From Candidatus Undinarchaeota archaeon (GTDB lineage: Archaea > SpSt-1190 > JASMDC01): 64,000 nt of DNA. The position numbers and the translations under genes are program-made. The stretch covers positions 118,477-182,476 of the forward strand of contig CAZFHY010000005.1 of NCBI GenBank assembly GCA_964519305.1. The letters run 5' to 3'. Below the pieces are notes generated by a model that made no database searches, was not told the DNA's origin, and was given only the letters and a program-made list of their open reading frames with translations. Below, one piece after another: positions 1 through 9,856 of this stretch. Each line of letters starts with the position of its first letter. Position 1 is the stretch's first letter.

Positions 1-495
1 TTCACCGACGAGCAGATTTTCTCACAGATCGACGCGGCCACCGCGGAGAACGCTGACAAGAAGATCGTCGCGTTCTGCTGCAACTGGTGCTCCTACGCAG
101 GCGCGGACTTCGCTGGTGTGAGCCGCATGCAGTACCCGCCCAGCGTGCGCATCATACGGATGATGTGCTCGGGGAGGATGGCCACGAAGTTCATCGAGCG
201 GGCCTTCGCACGAGGGGCCGCTACGGTGCTCGTCTCGGGCTGTCACATCGGCGACTGCCACTACATAGACGCCAACCACTATGCCAAGAAACGTGTGGAG
301 CGCTTCTGGAAGCGGATGGACAAGCTTGGCCTTGACAAGGACCGGTTGCACCTGGGATGGTTCTCTGCTGCCGAGGGAGAGCGGTTCTCCAACAAGATCA
401 AGGAAATGGACGCCATCGTTGGGAAGGTGACGAAGGCTGAGCTGGACAAGACGAAGAAAGCCTTCGAGAAAGCCCTAGGGGGTGGTGACCGATGA
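1..495 (+). CDS. mvhD: C-terminal part of an HdrA-MvhD fusion (heterodisulfide reductase A with MvhD [2Fe-2S] domain), 5'-truncated by the window
   Basis: Frame 1 is open from base 1: FTDEQIFSQIDA (HdrA C-terminal-like) runs directly into KIVAFCCNWCSYAGAD...RMMCSGR...GCHIGDCHY (MvhD motifs) with no intervening start or stop. Confidence 0.88.
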   Translation, partial: FTDEQIFSQIDAATAENADKKIVAFCCNWCSYAGADFAGVSRMQYPPSVRIIRMMCSGRMATKFIERAFARGAATVLVSGCHIGDCHYIDANHYAKKRVERFWKRMDKLGLDKDRLHLGWFSAAEGERFSNKIKEMDAIVGKVTKAELDKTKKAFEKALGGGDR

Positions 496-2222
496 GGTGC
501 ATGTTGAACACGGGCAGAACGGTCGGCCAGGGCATGGCCTTAGAGGTCGGCAAGACATCGGCGGAGTACTACGATGAAGTGGCCGTGGCGTTCATGAACG
601 GGGACGACATGGATGACCTGGGGATCGCGGAGAACGCGCCCGTCAAGGCCTCTTCGGGCTCAGGTTCTGTCGTTGTCCGGGCAAGAAAGGGTCAGCTAGA
701 TCGCGGCAACGTGTTCATCCCCGTGGGCCCTTGGGCGAACGCCCTCATCGGTGGTGATACCGGGGGTACTGGTATGCCACGGTTCAAGGGCATGTGGATC
801 GAACTATCCAAGACCGAGGACGGGCCAACATCACTCAACGACCTTCTCCCGAGCAAGGATGAGATCGTCCAAGCTCCCGACCAGTCCCCTCCCCCCACAT
901 CTTCCGATGAGGACGAGCGATCGATCGTCACGGACGTGGTCTGTCCATTCTGCGGTTGTCTGTGCGACGACGTGGAGCTCGTGATGACAAAGGGGAAGAT
1001 CACTGACATCGAGATCGGGTGCGACATCACCAGGAGCAGGTTCGTCAACTGGGACCGTGACCGGGCGAAGGCCGCGGTGAGGAAGAAGGGAAAGCTCGTG
1101 GAAGTACCCCTCAAGGAGGCTTTGGACAAGGCCGCCGATATCCTGAAGGGAGCGGACTTCCCATTGATCTACGGACTCAGTTCCACCGAGGTCGACGCTC
1201 AGCGGCGTGCCATCGAGCTCGCCGAGCTGCTCGGAGCGACCATCGACAACACATCCTCCGTATGCCATGGACCGACCGTGGTGGCCGCCCAGGACGTCGG
1301 CGTGTCAAAATGCACGCTCGGTGAGGTACGGAACCGGGCGGACCTGGTGATCTACTGGGGATGCAACCCCGCCGAAGCCCATATCAGGCACATCACACGC
1401 TATTCGGGGACACCCGAGGGCATGTACTCTCCTGATGGAAGGGATGATCGCACAATCGTCCACGTGGACGTAAGGGAGACAAAGACCTCCCAGGTGGATC
1501 CCCGATGGAAGTACACCTACCAGCTGGCGGACCAGTTCATCAAGGTCCGGCAGGGCCAGGACTATGAACTCCTGTCCGCGCTTCGGGCCACGCTCAAAGG
1601 GCACGATGTGGGTGACGTTGCAGGCGTCCCGGCCAGCGCCATCAAGGAGCTGGCCGACCGGATGAAGAGCTGTAAGTTCGGTATCATCTTCTTCGGTCTG
1701 GGGCTTACCATGTCCGATGGACGTCACATGAACGTCAATGCGGCCTTGCGCCTTGTCAGGGACCTGAACGACCATACGAAGTTCACCATCCTCCCCATGC
1801 GAGGCCATTACAACGTGACGGGGATCAACGCGGTCATGACGTGGACCACAGGCTATCCCTTCGCCGTCAACCTATCACGAGGCTACCCGGTGTACAATCC
1901 GGGAGAGTTCTCGGCCGTTGACATGCTGGCCCGTAAGGAGTGCGATGCCGCGTTAATCATCGCATCTGACCCCGCCGCTAACTTCCCACGGGAAGCGGTC
2001 GAACACCTGTCGAAGATACCCACGATCGTCATCGATCCGAAGCTCAACCTCACCTCGCCCATCGCCGATGTCCTGATCCCTTCAGCGATCGCCGGTATCG
2101 AATGCGAGGGGACCGCCTACAGAATGGACGGCATCCCCATCAGGCTCCGAAAGGTGGTCGAGTCCGACCAGCTGCCTGATAAGGTCGTCCTTGAAAAGCT
2201 CATCGAGAGGGTGAGACCATGA
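492..2222 (+). CDS. fwdB: Formylmethanofuran dehydrogenase subunit D-B fusion
   Basis: N-terminal FwdD (LNTGRTVGQG...FIPVGPWAN...TGGTGMPRFKG), a Pro/Ser/acidic linker, then FwdB (VCPFCGCLCDD, SSVCHGP, EVRNRAD, WGCNP, PMRGHYNV). Confidence 0.93.
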   Translation: MRCMLNTGRTVGQGMALEVGKTSAEYYDEVAVAFMNGDDMDDLGIAENAPVKASSGSGSVVVRARKGQLDRGNVFIPVGPWANALIGGDTGGTGMPRFKGMWIELSKTEDGPTSLNDLLPSKDEIVQAPDQSPPPTSSDEDERSIVTDVVCPFCGCLCDDVELVMTKGKITDIEIGCDITRSRFVNWDRDRAKAAVRKKGKLVEVPLKEALDKAADILKGADFPLIYGLSSTEVDAQRRAIELAELLGATIDNTSSVCHGPTVVAAQDVGVSKCTLGEVRNRADLVIYWGCNPAEAHIRHITRYSGTPEGMYSPDGRDDRTIVHVDVRETKTSQVDPRWKYTYQLADQFIKVRQGQDYELLSALRATLKGHDVGDVAGVPASAIKELADRMKSCKFGIIFFGLGLTMSDGRHMNVNAALRLVRDLNDHTKFTILPMRGHYNVTGINAVMTWTTGYPFAVNLSRGYPVYNPGEFSAVDMLARKECDAALIIASDPAANFPREAVEHLSKIPTIVIDPKLNLTSPIADVLIPSAIAGIECEGTAYRMDGIPIRLRKVVESDQLPDKVVLEKLIERVRP

Positions 2223-3838
2223 GCCTGATCATAGAGAACGGCACCGTCTACGATCCCGCGAACGGGATCGACGGGGAACGGATGGACATCTTCATCAAGG
2301 ACGGAAAGATCGTCGAGGAAGCGAAGGGAAAGGTCATCGATGCCACGGGCCTCATCGTCCTCCCGGGCGGTATGGACATACATACCCACATCGCTGGAGG
2401 GAAGGTGAACCTTGGCCGGCTGTTCAGACCGGAGGACCATCGCAAGGATCCTGTGCCGAGGACCGCGGTCTCGCGTGCGGGGACGGGATACTCGGTCCCG
2501 ACGACCTACGTGACAGGGTACCGTTACGCGACCATGGGATACACCACGGTGATGGAACCGGCGATCACCCCGCTCTCGGCCCGTCACACGCACGAGGAGC
2601 TGGTCGACACACCCATCCTGGACAAGGCGGGCTACACCCTCCTTGGTAACAACCACTTCGTCATGCACTACATCAAGGAGGGGGACCGGGAGAATCTCAA
2701 GAACACCGTTGCCTGGTTCCTGGGTGCGTCGAAGGGGTACGCCGTGAAACTTGTGAATCCCGGTGGTGTGGAGAACTGGAAGTGGGGCCGTGACGTGGAG
2801 AGCCTCGACGATCCAGTGGACAACTACGAGGTCACACCACGGGAGGTGCTCGCAGGTCTCGCCAGAGCGAACGAGGAGCTGGGCCTCCCTCATCCCATCC
2901 ACGTGCACGCCAACAATCTGGGCATGCCCGGTAACTATGAGACCACCATCAAGACCATCGACGCCGTCAAGGAGCGTCTCCATCTCACTCACCTGCAGTT
3001 CCAGGCGTACACCGGCGAGGGATGGAAGGACTTCGGTTCCGGGATGGCCGAAATCGCGAAGCTGATCAACAAGCGCGACAACGTGACCTGCGACATGGGA
3101 CAGGTGATTTTCGACGACACTACCACCATGACCGCTGATGGTCCGGCACAGCACCATCTGTACAAGCTGACGAAGAACAAGTGGTTCAACGCGGACGTCG
3201 AGATGGAGACGGGGGCCGGCATAGTCCCGTACAGGTACTTGGAGAGGAATCCGGTCAACGCAGTGCAGTGGGCCATCGGGCTCGAGGTCGCGCTCATGAT
3301 CACGGATCCCTGGAAGGTAAGCCTCACGACCGACCACCCCAACGGCGGTCCTTTCTACCACTACCCGAAAATCATCTCTTGGTTGATGAGCAAGAAGGAG
3401 CGAGAGACCACCCTTGGTACGATCCACAAGGCCGCGGCCGCCAGGGCGGCACTGGCGAGCCTTGACAGGGAGTACTCGCTCTATGAGATCGCAGTGATAA
3501 CGCGAGCGGCCACTGCCAAGGCTCTCGGGCTAACAGGGAAGGGGCATCTGGGTGTCGGGGCCGACGCGGACCTGGCCATCTACCGTTTCTCAGAGGACGA
3601 TATCGAGGGCTCGTTCAAACGCACGGTCTACACGATCAAGGACGGAAAGATCGTCGTGAAGAACGGGGCCGTGGTCGACACGCCCGAGGGCAGGACCTAT
3701 TGGATAGATGCTGGTGGTGAGCTCACCGACGAGGACCGTCAGGTGTTCACGAAGTACTACACGATGACACCGGATAACTACCCCGTGCAGGCCGAGTATC
3801 TGCCACGAGGGGAAGCTGTTCGAACCGGAGGGAGCTAA
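2219..3838 (+). CDS. fwdA: Formylmethanofuran dehydrogenase subunit A
   Basis: Amidohydrolase motifs PGGMDIHTHIAGGKVN, HVHANNLG, TTDHPNGGPF; overlaps the fwdB stop. Confidence 0.96.
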   Translation: MSLIIENGTVYDPANGIDGERMDIFIKDGKIVEEAKGKVIDATGLIVLPGGMDIHTHIAGGKVNLGRLFRPEDHRKDPVPRTAVSRAGTGYSVPTTYVTGYRYATMGYTTVMEPAITPLSARHTHEELVDTPILDKAGYTLLGNNHFVMHYIKEGDRENLKNTVAWFLGASKGYAVKLVNPGGVENWKWGRDVESLDDPVDNYEVTPREVLAGLARANEELGLPHPIHVHANNLGMPGNYETTIKTIDAVKERLHLTHLQFQAYTGEGWKDFGSGMAEIAKLINKRDNVTCDMGQVIFDDTTTMTADGPAQHHLYKLTKNKWFNADVEMETGAGIVPYRYLERNPVNAVQWAIGLEVALMITDPWKVSLTTDHPNGGPFYHYPKIISWLMSKKERETTLGTIHKAAAARAALASLDREYSLYEIAVITRAATAKALGLTGKGHLGVGADADLAIYRFSEDDIEGSFKRTVYTIKDGKIVVKNGAVVDTPEGRTYWIDAGGELTDEDRQVFTKYYTMTPDNYPVQAEYLPRGEAVRTGGS

Positions 3839-3839
3839 G

Positions 3840-4649
3840 ATGGTCGTTCTCAAACCCAAGACCGAGTTCACGGTACCTGTCGAGGCAGAATGTATATCGC
3901 CCGATGTCTTCGCTGCACGGCCTGCAAAGGAGCTGGGAAAGCTCGAAGTGCTGTGGGGGAACAAGCTCAAGCCGCTGAGTGAGCTGTTCGAGATCGATCC
4001 ATCAGGCAAGCTGGACGAGATCGTCATCGAGGGCGATGTCAGCGCCGTCAAGCACATCGGAGCACGGATGACCACGGGCCTGATAACCATCCACGGGAAC
4101 GTCGGGATGCACCTCGGCAGAGAGATGGACGGCGGCAGGATCATCGTCCACGGGGATGTCGGGGACTGGCTCGGCGCCGAGATGAAGGACGGCACCATCC
4201 AGGTCACTGGAAACGCTGGCCACCTAGCCGGAGCCGGCTACCGGGGCTCGAAGTCCGGTATGGCGGGCGGCACCATCATCATCGAAGGGAATGCTGGCGA
4301 TGAGGTCGGGGAGCTGATGTGCGGCGGTACGATCGCCGTCGCTGGCGATCTGGGGACCTTCGCGGGGACGCTCATGACCGGTGGGACCATCGTGTGCCTC
4401 GGTGCTCTTGGCGGGCGGGCTGGGGGTGCGATGGAAGGTGGTACCATCATCGCCCTCACAACACCGCGGCTGCTCCCCACGTTCATCACACAGGGAGCCG
4501 ATCGCCCTGCCCACGTAGGGGAGCTCCTGCAGCAGCTTAAGGGCAACGGATTCCCGCTCGCAGAGGAGCATATCGGAGCGCTCTTTGACAGGTACGAAGG
4601 TGATATTGCAGGTAAGGGAAAGGGCGAGGTCCTCGTCAGGATAGGATGA
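3840..4649 (+). CDS. fwdC: Formylmethanofuran dehydrogenase subunit C
   Basis: GXGXG beta-helix repeats (GxxMxGGxIxIxGn), AGYRGSKSGMAGG. Confidence 0.95.
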   Translation: MVVLKPKTEFTVPVEAECISPDVFAARPAKELGKLEVLWGNKLKPLSELFEIDPSGKLDEIVIEGDVSAVKHIGARMTTGLITIHGNVGMHLGREMDGGRIIVHGDVGDWLGAEMKDGTIQVTGNAGHLAGAGYRGSKSGMAGGTIIIEGNAGDEVGELMCGGTIAVAGDLGTFAGTLMTGGTIVCLGALGGRAGGAMEGGTIIALTTPRLLPTFITQGADRPAHVGELLQQLKGNGFPLAEEHIGALFDRYEGDIAGKGKGEVLVRIG

Positions 4650-4670
4650 CATACCAGGAAGGTTCTCATT

Positions 4671-5600
4671 ATGGGACTCAACGAAAGCAGCCTCGGGCTC
4701 GTCGAGCAATTGAAGGAAAGGTGCCCTACGCAGACCCTCGACTGTGGCGCCACGGTGATCGACTGCGGTGTGTCATGGAAAGGGAGCGTTCAGGCAGGGC
4801 TATTGTTCGCCAAGATCACCTTAGGAGGGCTGGCCGAGGTCCAGCTGTCAACCAGAAACGAGAAGGACCTGACCTACCCCGTGGTCGAGGTCCGCACCGA
4901 CCACCCGACGACGGCCACCATCGCCTCGCAGATGGCAGGATGGCAGGTTGTCGCCGGGAAGTTCTTCGGCATGGGATCAGGTCCGGCCAGGGCGCTGGCC
5001 CTTAAACCCAAGGACGTTTACGAGGCCATCGACCACCAGCGCGAGGACGATGATGTTGCGGTACTATGCCTTGAGTCGAGTTCGCTCCCGAGCGATGATA
5101 TTGCGAGGACCGTTGCCAAGGAGTGTGGTATCAAACCGCGGGACGTTCACCTTCTCGTGGCGCGGACGGACAGTATTACCTCATCGGTCCAGCTGGCAAG
5201 TCGGACGCTCGAGATGGGTACGTTCCGGATGCTCGACGTGCTCAAGTTCGACGTGCGGAAGGTCGTCTCGGCCTTCGGTGTTGCTCCGTTGGCACCCGTG
5301 TACAAGGGACTTGCTGCCATGGGGGCCACAAACGATGCCCTCATCTACGGGGGCGACAACCTGTACTTCATCGACGGCTTCAGTCAAGAGCTAACCGACA
5401 AGGTCGTCTCCGAGGGGTCCAAGAGCTACGGCAAGCGGTTCGAGCAGTTGTTCAAGGAGGCCGGGAAGGACTTCTATAAGATGGACCACGATATATTCGC
5501 CCCTGCCAAGGTAACGGTCAACGACCTTGCTGCAGGGAGGGTGTATTGCGCCGGACACATCAACCTTGACGTGCTCCGAAAGGTGTTCGCTCAGTCTTGA
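4671..5600 (+). CDS. mch: Methenyltetrahydromethanopterin cyclohydrolase
   Basis: SQMAGW, GMGSGPARALA, AMGATNDALIYGG, DFYKMDHDIFAPA motifs. Confidence 0.93.
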   Translation: MGLNESSLGLVEQLKERCPTQTLDCGATVIDCGVSWKGSVQAGLLFAKITLGGLAEVQLSTRNEKDLTYPVVEVRTDHPTTATIASQMAGWQVVAGKFFGMGSGPARALALKPKDVYEAIDHQREDDDVAVLCLESSSLPSDDIARTVAKECGIKPRDVHLLVARTDSITSSVQLASRTLEMGTFRMLDVLKFDVRKVVSAFGVAPLAPVYKGLAAMGATNDALIYGGDNLYFIDGFSQELTDKVVSEGSKSYGKRFEQLFKEAGKDFYKMDHDIFAPAKVTVNDLAAGRVYCAGHINLDVLRKVFAQS

Positions 5601-5721
5601 GGTCGTAAGAAACACAAAGGACAGGTATTTGAACCACGGGGTATAACTATTGTTATCTATCTTTACGGCCAAGTCAGGATTTAAGTCATTTACACAGCCC
5701 GTGCACGAAGGAGAGATCATC

Positions 5722-5970
5722 ATGTTGGACAAATGCCCTGGAGCGGAAAAACTAAGGCGCCCTTCCATCATCTTAAAGAGCTGTCCCGAGTGTGGTGAGG
5801 AGATTGAACTGTTCACTACGGACGCCAAGATGGACTGTCCGGAGTGCGGTTTCACAGTGTACAATGATGCGATGTCCTGTGTCCAATGGTGCAAGTACGC
5901 CAAGGAGTGCGTTGGGGACGAGATCTACGAAGAGATGATGAAGAGGCTCGAACAGAAAGCCACAGAGTGA
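5722..5970 (+). CDS. Small Cys-rich metal-binding (Zn-ribbon/Fe-S) protein
   Basis: 82 aa from ATG 5722 with GGAG upstream; CPG, two CPECG, SCVQWCKYAKEC. Confidence 0.8.
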   Translation: MLDKCPGAEKLRRPSIILKSCPECGEEIELFTTDAKMDCPECGFTVYNDAMSCVQWCKYAKECVGDEIYEEMMKRLEQKATE

Positions 5971-6016
5971 TGCCCCGATAACTGGATAGGACGCCCGATC
6001 CTTACTCGAAAGCCAG

Positions 6017-8188
6017 TTACTTCTTCTTCGAGGTCCTCTTCTTCTTGGGCGCTGCCTTCTTTGCTACCGCTTTCTTCTTGGTGGATTTCTTGGGGGCGGC
6101 CTTCTTCTTGGGCGCCGCTTTCTTCTTGGTTGCCGCCTTCTTCTTGGTGGGTTTCTTTGCGGGAGCCTTCTTCTTCGCAGCAGGAGCTTTCTCCTTGACA
6201 GGAGGTGCCGGTAAGGGCTCGGTCTCCTTCTCGCGCGCCTTCTCAGGTTCGGCTTCTGGTGCCTCCTTCTCTTCTGATGGGGGCGCTTCTGCTTCTTCCT
6301 CGGCCGATTCTCCCATGGTCTTAATCTTGACCTTGGGTTCGAACGCCCCGGGGGGAGCGACGACGACGACCTCTGACCCGGGCTCCTCCTCCGCACGACG
6401 TTCAGGTCCGCTGGAGAGCTGGGTGTAGGTGATTATGAGGATAAGGGCAAGAACACCAAGGAGCAATGCCGAAGAGTCCCCCTTGTCGGTCGGGGTCTCG
6501 GGCTCGGCGGAAGGTGCAGGTGTCTGTGTAGGGAGCTCGATGTCGTCAGAATCCGTCGTGGTCGGTGTGCTTGTAGGCGTATCGGAAGTGGGCTCGGGCG
6601 TAGCCTCGATGGGCTCGACCGGCGTTGGTGTGGGCGGCGGGGGCGTGGGTGTCGGACAGGCGTCAAAACATGCCGACTCATCAGGGCACCACGTCTGGCC
6701 TTTACCGCAGCAATGGCCATCGGCACAAATACCTGGGCACTCGGCATGCGCCAAGCACTCATCTCCGGTCTCCAGTGTACCGGCTATGTAGCATGTCCCG
6801 CCAACGCACTTGAGCCCTTCAACACACTCCTCGTCCACGGTGCATGCCTCGCTCCGTTGAACAGTGGCCGGCTGGACGCATGTACCCACACATAGACCGC
6901 TTGCACACTGACGCTCGCAGGTGCAGGAGGTCCCGTCAGGTTGTGCGGGGAGCACGCATGCTTTAGCCTCTGCGCACCAGAACCGATCGCCTGGACAACA
7001 TGTGCCCTCCACGCATACAAGGTGGTCACACTGCTCATTGCACACGCAGGAGTCGCCCTCACCGAGGATGTGCAGACCCTCGACACATTGTTCATTACAG
7101 AGCACACGACCCGGTTCGCATGTGTAGAGCTCATCGAAGATCGTAGCGTTCCCGTACGATATGCTCATGAGAGCGCTATCGATACCTAACTCGCACCGCG
7201 TCCCAGTCTCAGGACCACAGTCCCACGAACCCTTCTCACGCATCTGGTCCGCATGCCCGAGGAACTCGGGCTTGAACTCACCGGCCTTGAGGTAAGCCTG
7301 GATGAGCACGGCCTGGTTCTGGCCGAGCCCGCACTTCCAGCCGGTGTCGGGGCCACAGTCCCGCGATCCGGTTGCGATAAGCTCGTCGATCCAGGTCAGG
7401 AGGGTTTCGTTGTGCAGATGTTCGACCACGTGAACATAGGCATAAGTGAGCCACGCGGCCGAGACGGCATCGTTGCACCGCCAGCCTGTGTTCGGGCCGC
7501 ACTCGGACGCGCCCTTGCGGAACATCCCCTCTAGAGCCTCGAAATAGCTAGCCTCGCCGGTGAGCTCGTAAAGACGAGCGTAGCCCAGCATGTACGGTCC
7601 CTGTGAGTAGCCGAACTTGCATTGCCAGCCCGCCCTGGGGCCGCACTCGAGCGAGCCCTCATCACCGAGCTCCCGGGCCATCGCGAGGTCCTGCTCACGG
7701 CCAAGTACCTTGTAGGCCGTTGTGTAGGACAAGATCGTGAAACCCTGCATCTTACCATCACGACATCGAGCACCGAACTTACCACCGCAGTCCGTGGAGC
7801 CGGAATCGGCCAGACTCTCTAGACCCTCTTTGAACTCGGTGAGGTTGGTGGCCTCGTAGGCCGCCGCGTACCCCAGCATCATCCATGTCTGAGGCCAGGC
7901 AGTACCACAGTTCCAGCCAGTGTGCTGTCCGCAGTCCGACGTTCCCATCGCGTGCAGTTCCTGCATGGCATTGAGATATGCCTCTTCACCCGTTTCCCTG
8001 TAGCGAAGGGCGTTGGCGAATATCAAGCTACCCATCGATTCACCGGTCTGACACTTCCATGTGGTCTTGGGTCCGCACTCTCGTGCACCCTCCAACAGGA
8101 AGTCGTCGGATGTAACCTCAATGGCGGTTGTCAGTGCGAGCACGCACACCAAGGCTATGACAGTAAACAGCCGGGAATCCGGGACCAT
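6017..8188 (-). CDS. Membrane-anchored surface protein: seven ~48-aa Cys-loop helical repeats, Cys-rich domain, Pro/Thr linker, TM helix, Lys/Ala-rich tail
   Basis: Signal peptide; repeated GxxDCGPxTGWxC; dense Cys region; PTPTPPP linker; LLLGVLALILII TM; KKAAPKK tail. Confidence 0.85.
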   Translation of the reverse strand: MVPDSRLFTVIALVCVLALTTAIEVTSDDFLLEGARECGPKTTWKCQTGESMGSLIFANALRYRETGEEAYLNAMQELHAMGTSDCGQHTGWNCGTAWPQTWMMLGYAAAYEATNLTEFKEGLESLADSGSTDCGGKFGARCRDGKMQGFTILSYTTAYKVLGREQDLAMARELGDEGSLECGPRAGWQCKFGYSQGPYMLGYARLYELTGEASYFEALEGMFRKGASECGPNTGWRCNDAVSAAWLTYAYVHVVEHLHNETLLTWIDELIATGSRDCGPDTGWKCGLGQNQAVLIQAYLKAGEFKPEFLGHADQMREKGSWDCGPETGTRCELGIDSALMSISYGNATIFDELYTCEPGRVLCNEQCVEGLHILGEGDSCVCNEQCDHLVCVEGTCCPGDRFWCAEAKACVLPAQPDGTSCTCERQCASGLCVGTCVQPATVQRSEACTVDEECVEGLKCVGGTCYIAGTLETGDECLAHAECPGICADGHCCGKGQTWCPDESACFDACPTPTPPPPTPTPVEPIEATPEPTSDTPTSTPTTTDSDDIELPTQTPAPSAEPETPTDKGDSSALLLGVLALILIITYTQLSSGPERRAEEEPGSEVVVVAPPGAFEPKVKIKTMGESAEEEAEAPPSEEKEAPEAEPEKAREKETEPLPAPPVKEKAPAAKKKAPAKKPTKKKAATKKKAAPKKKAAPKKSTKKKAVAKKAAPKKKRTSKKK

Positions 8189-8227
8189 GGAGGTCTCACT
8201 CCGGTCAAAACCTTATAAAGGGAACCC

Positions 8228-8845
8228 TCAGAGCACCCGTTCGATCTCCTCACGAGAGTACCCGAACTCCTTCATGGTGCTTCTTATCTCGTCGTCGGTG
8301 TGTCCTTTAGCACGACATTCTTCCACGTACTCATGTGCCTCATCCATGGATTCGTCATCCTCCCCTGCATGGCGGCTGCGCCAGCGCAGTGCCACGACCG
8401 CTAGCATCAGGCCCGTGATGATGAGGACGATCAATGTTCTATAGGGTGCGAGCACGGCGACGACGCACGTCCCCCAGGGTAACATAAAGGGAAGAGAGGA
8501 GCACAGATCCCATGCCTTGCCCGTGTCCCGCCCGGCCACGACTGCGGCCGTGTCGATAAGGCACCAATCACGCCATGATGTGTTGTTTATGAGCCGGCAG
8601 GTCCCCATGGCGGTCTGGACGTTGGTCCTCGCGAGCACGGGAGCCACTTCAGCCAAACACTCGTCCAACCACACATCGTCCGACAAGGTAAGACACATGT
8701 CCACCCTCCCCTCTGGTGGAGCCCTTATACGATAGCAATGCTCCTGTTCCAGTCCGGGAGTTAGAAGGGTACAGTCGTCCACGCCCTGTGCTGTGGCTAG
8801 AACGACGAGCATGAAGATGGTGATGAGCGTGCGAACACAGGACAT
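8228..8845 (-). CDS. Membrane-anchored Cys-repeat protein with C-terminal small helical domain
   Basis: Signal peptide, repeated C-x(8-10)-C helical units, TM helix, EYVEECRAKGHTDDEIR...GYSREEI tail; start ATG 8845 chosen. Confidence 0.7.
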   Translation of the reverse strand: MSCVRTLITIFMLVVLATAQGVDDCTLLTPGLEQEHCYRIRAPPEGRVDMCLTLSDDVWLDECLAEVAPVLARTNVQTAMGTCRLINNTSWRDWCLIDTAAVVAGRDTGKAWDLCSSLPFMLPWGTCVVAVLAPYRTLIVLIITGLMLAVVALRWRSRHAGEDDESMDEAHEYVEECRAKGHTDDEIRSTMKEFGYSREEIERVL

Positions 8846-8889
8846 CGGCCACCCATGAAGGTGACTCACTTTATATCGTTGTCGATTAT

Positions 8890-9418
<529 letters not shown>

Positions 9419-9430
9419 TGAGGGATAATC

Positions 9431-9856
9431 ATGACAAAAGGATCAATTCGTCTCGGCATCGTTGCCGCGGAGTTCAACTACGACATCGTGTACGCTATGA
9501 TGGAGCTGGCCAAGGAACATGCCACGTTCCTTGATGCCAAGGTCACCCATGTCATCAAGGTACCCGGGGTGTTCGACATGCCCCTGGCCGTACGCACGCT
9601 ACTGAAGAAGAATGACATCGACGCGGTCGTCACGCTCGGTGCCGTCATCGAGGGATCGACCGAGCACGACACGGTCGTGGCGAGCAATGCCAGCCGTCTC
9701 ATCGCTGATATGTCCCTGGAGTTCGAGAAGCCCGTGGCGCTCGGTATCACCGGGCCCGGGATGTCCCGGCTCGAGGCCTCCCAGCGGGTGGCCAACGCCA
9801 AGCGCGCCGTAGAGGCCGCAGTGAAGATGACGCGCGTTGTGAAGGCGAACGCCTGA
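9431..9856 (+). CDS. ribH: 6,7-dimethyl-8-ribityllumazine synthase
   Basis: [39 protein letters not shown]. Confidence 0.95.
   Translation: MTKGSIRLGIVAAEFNYDIVYAMMELAKEHATFLDAKVTHVIKVPGVFDMPLAVRTLLKKNDIDAVVTLGAVIEGSTEHDTVVASNASRLIADMSLEFEKPVALGITGPGMSRLEASQRVANAKRAVEAAVKMTRVVKANA

Noticed and set aside
1255-1275. Selenocysteine in the FwdB active site
   Set aside because: The codon is TGC (Cys) and the frame has no internal TGA.
2117-3427. Long antisense ORFs (this 436-aa one, 28926-30617, 50891-51658 and others)
   Set aside because: They are shadows of well-supported genes on the opposite strand, expected at high GC.
5643-5656. ATAAC-N4-GTTAT palindrome upstream of the small Cys-rich gene
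   Set aside because: Only 5-bp arms in an AT-rich spacer, and I saw no second copy; too weak to call.
6040-6200. Tandem TTCTTCTTGG-like DNA repeats as a CRISPR array or VNTR
   Set aside because: Explained by Lys/Ala codons of the minus-strand protein tail; there are no unique spacers.
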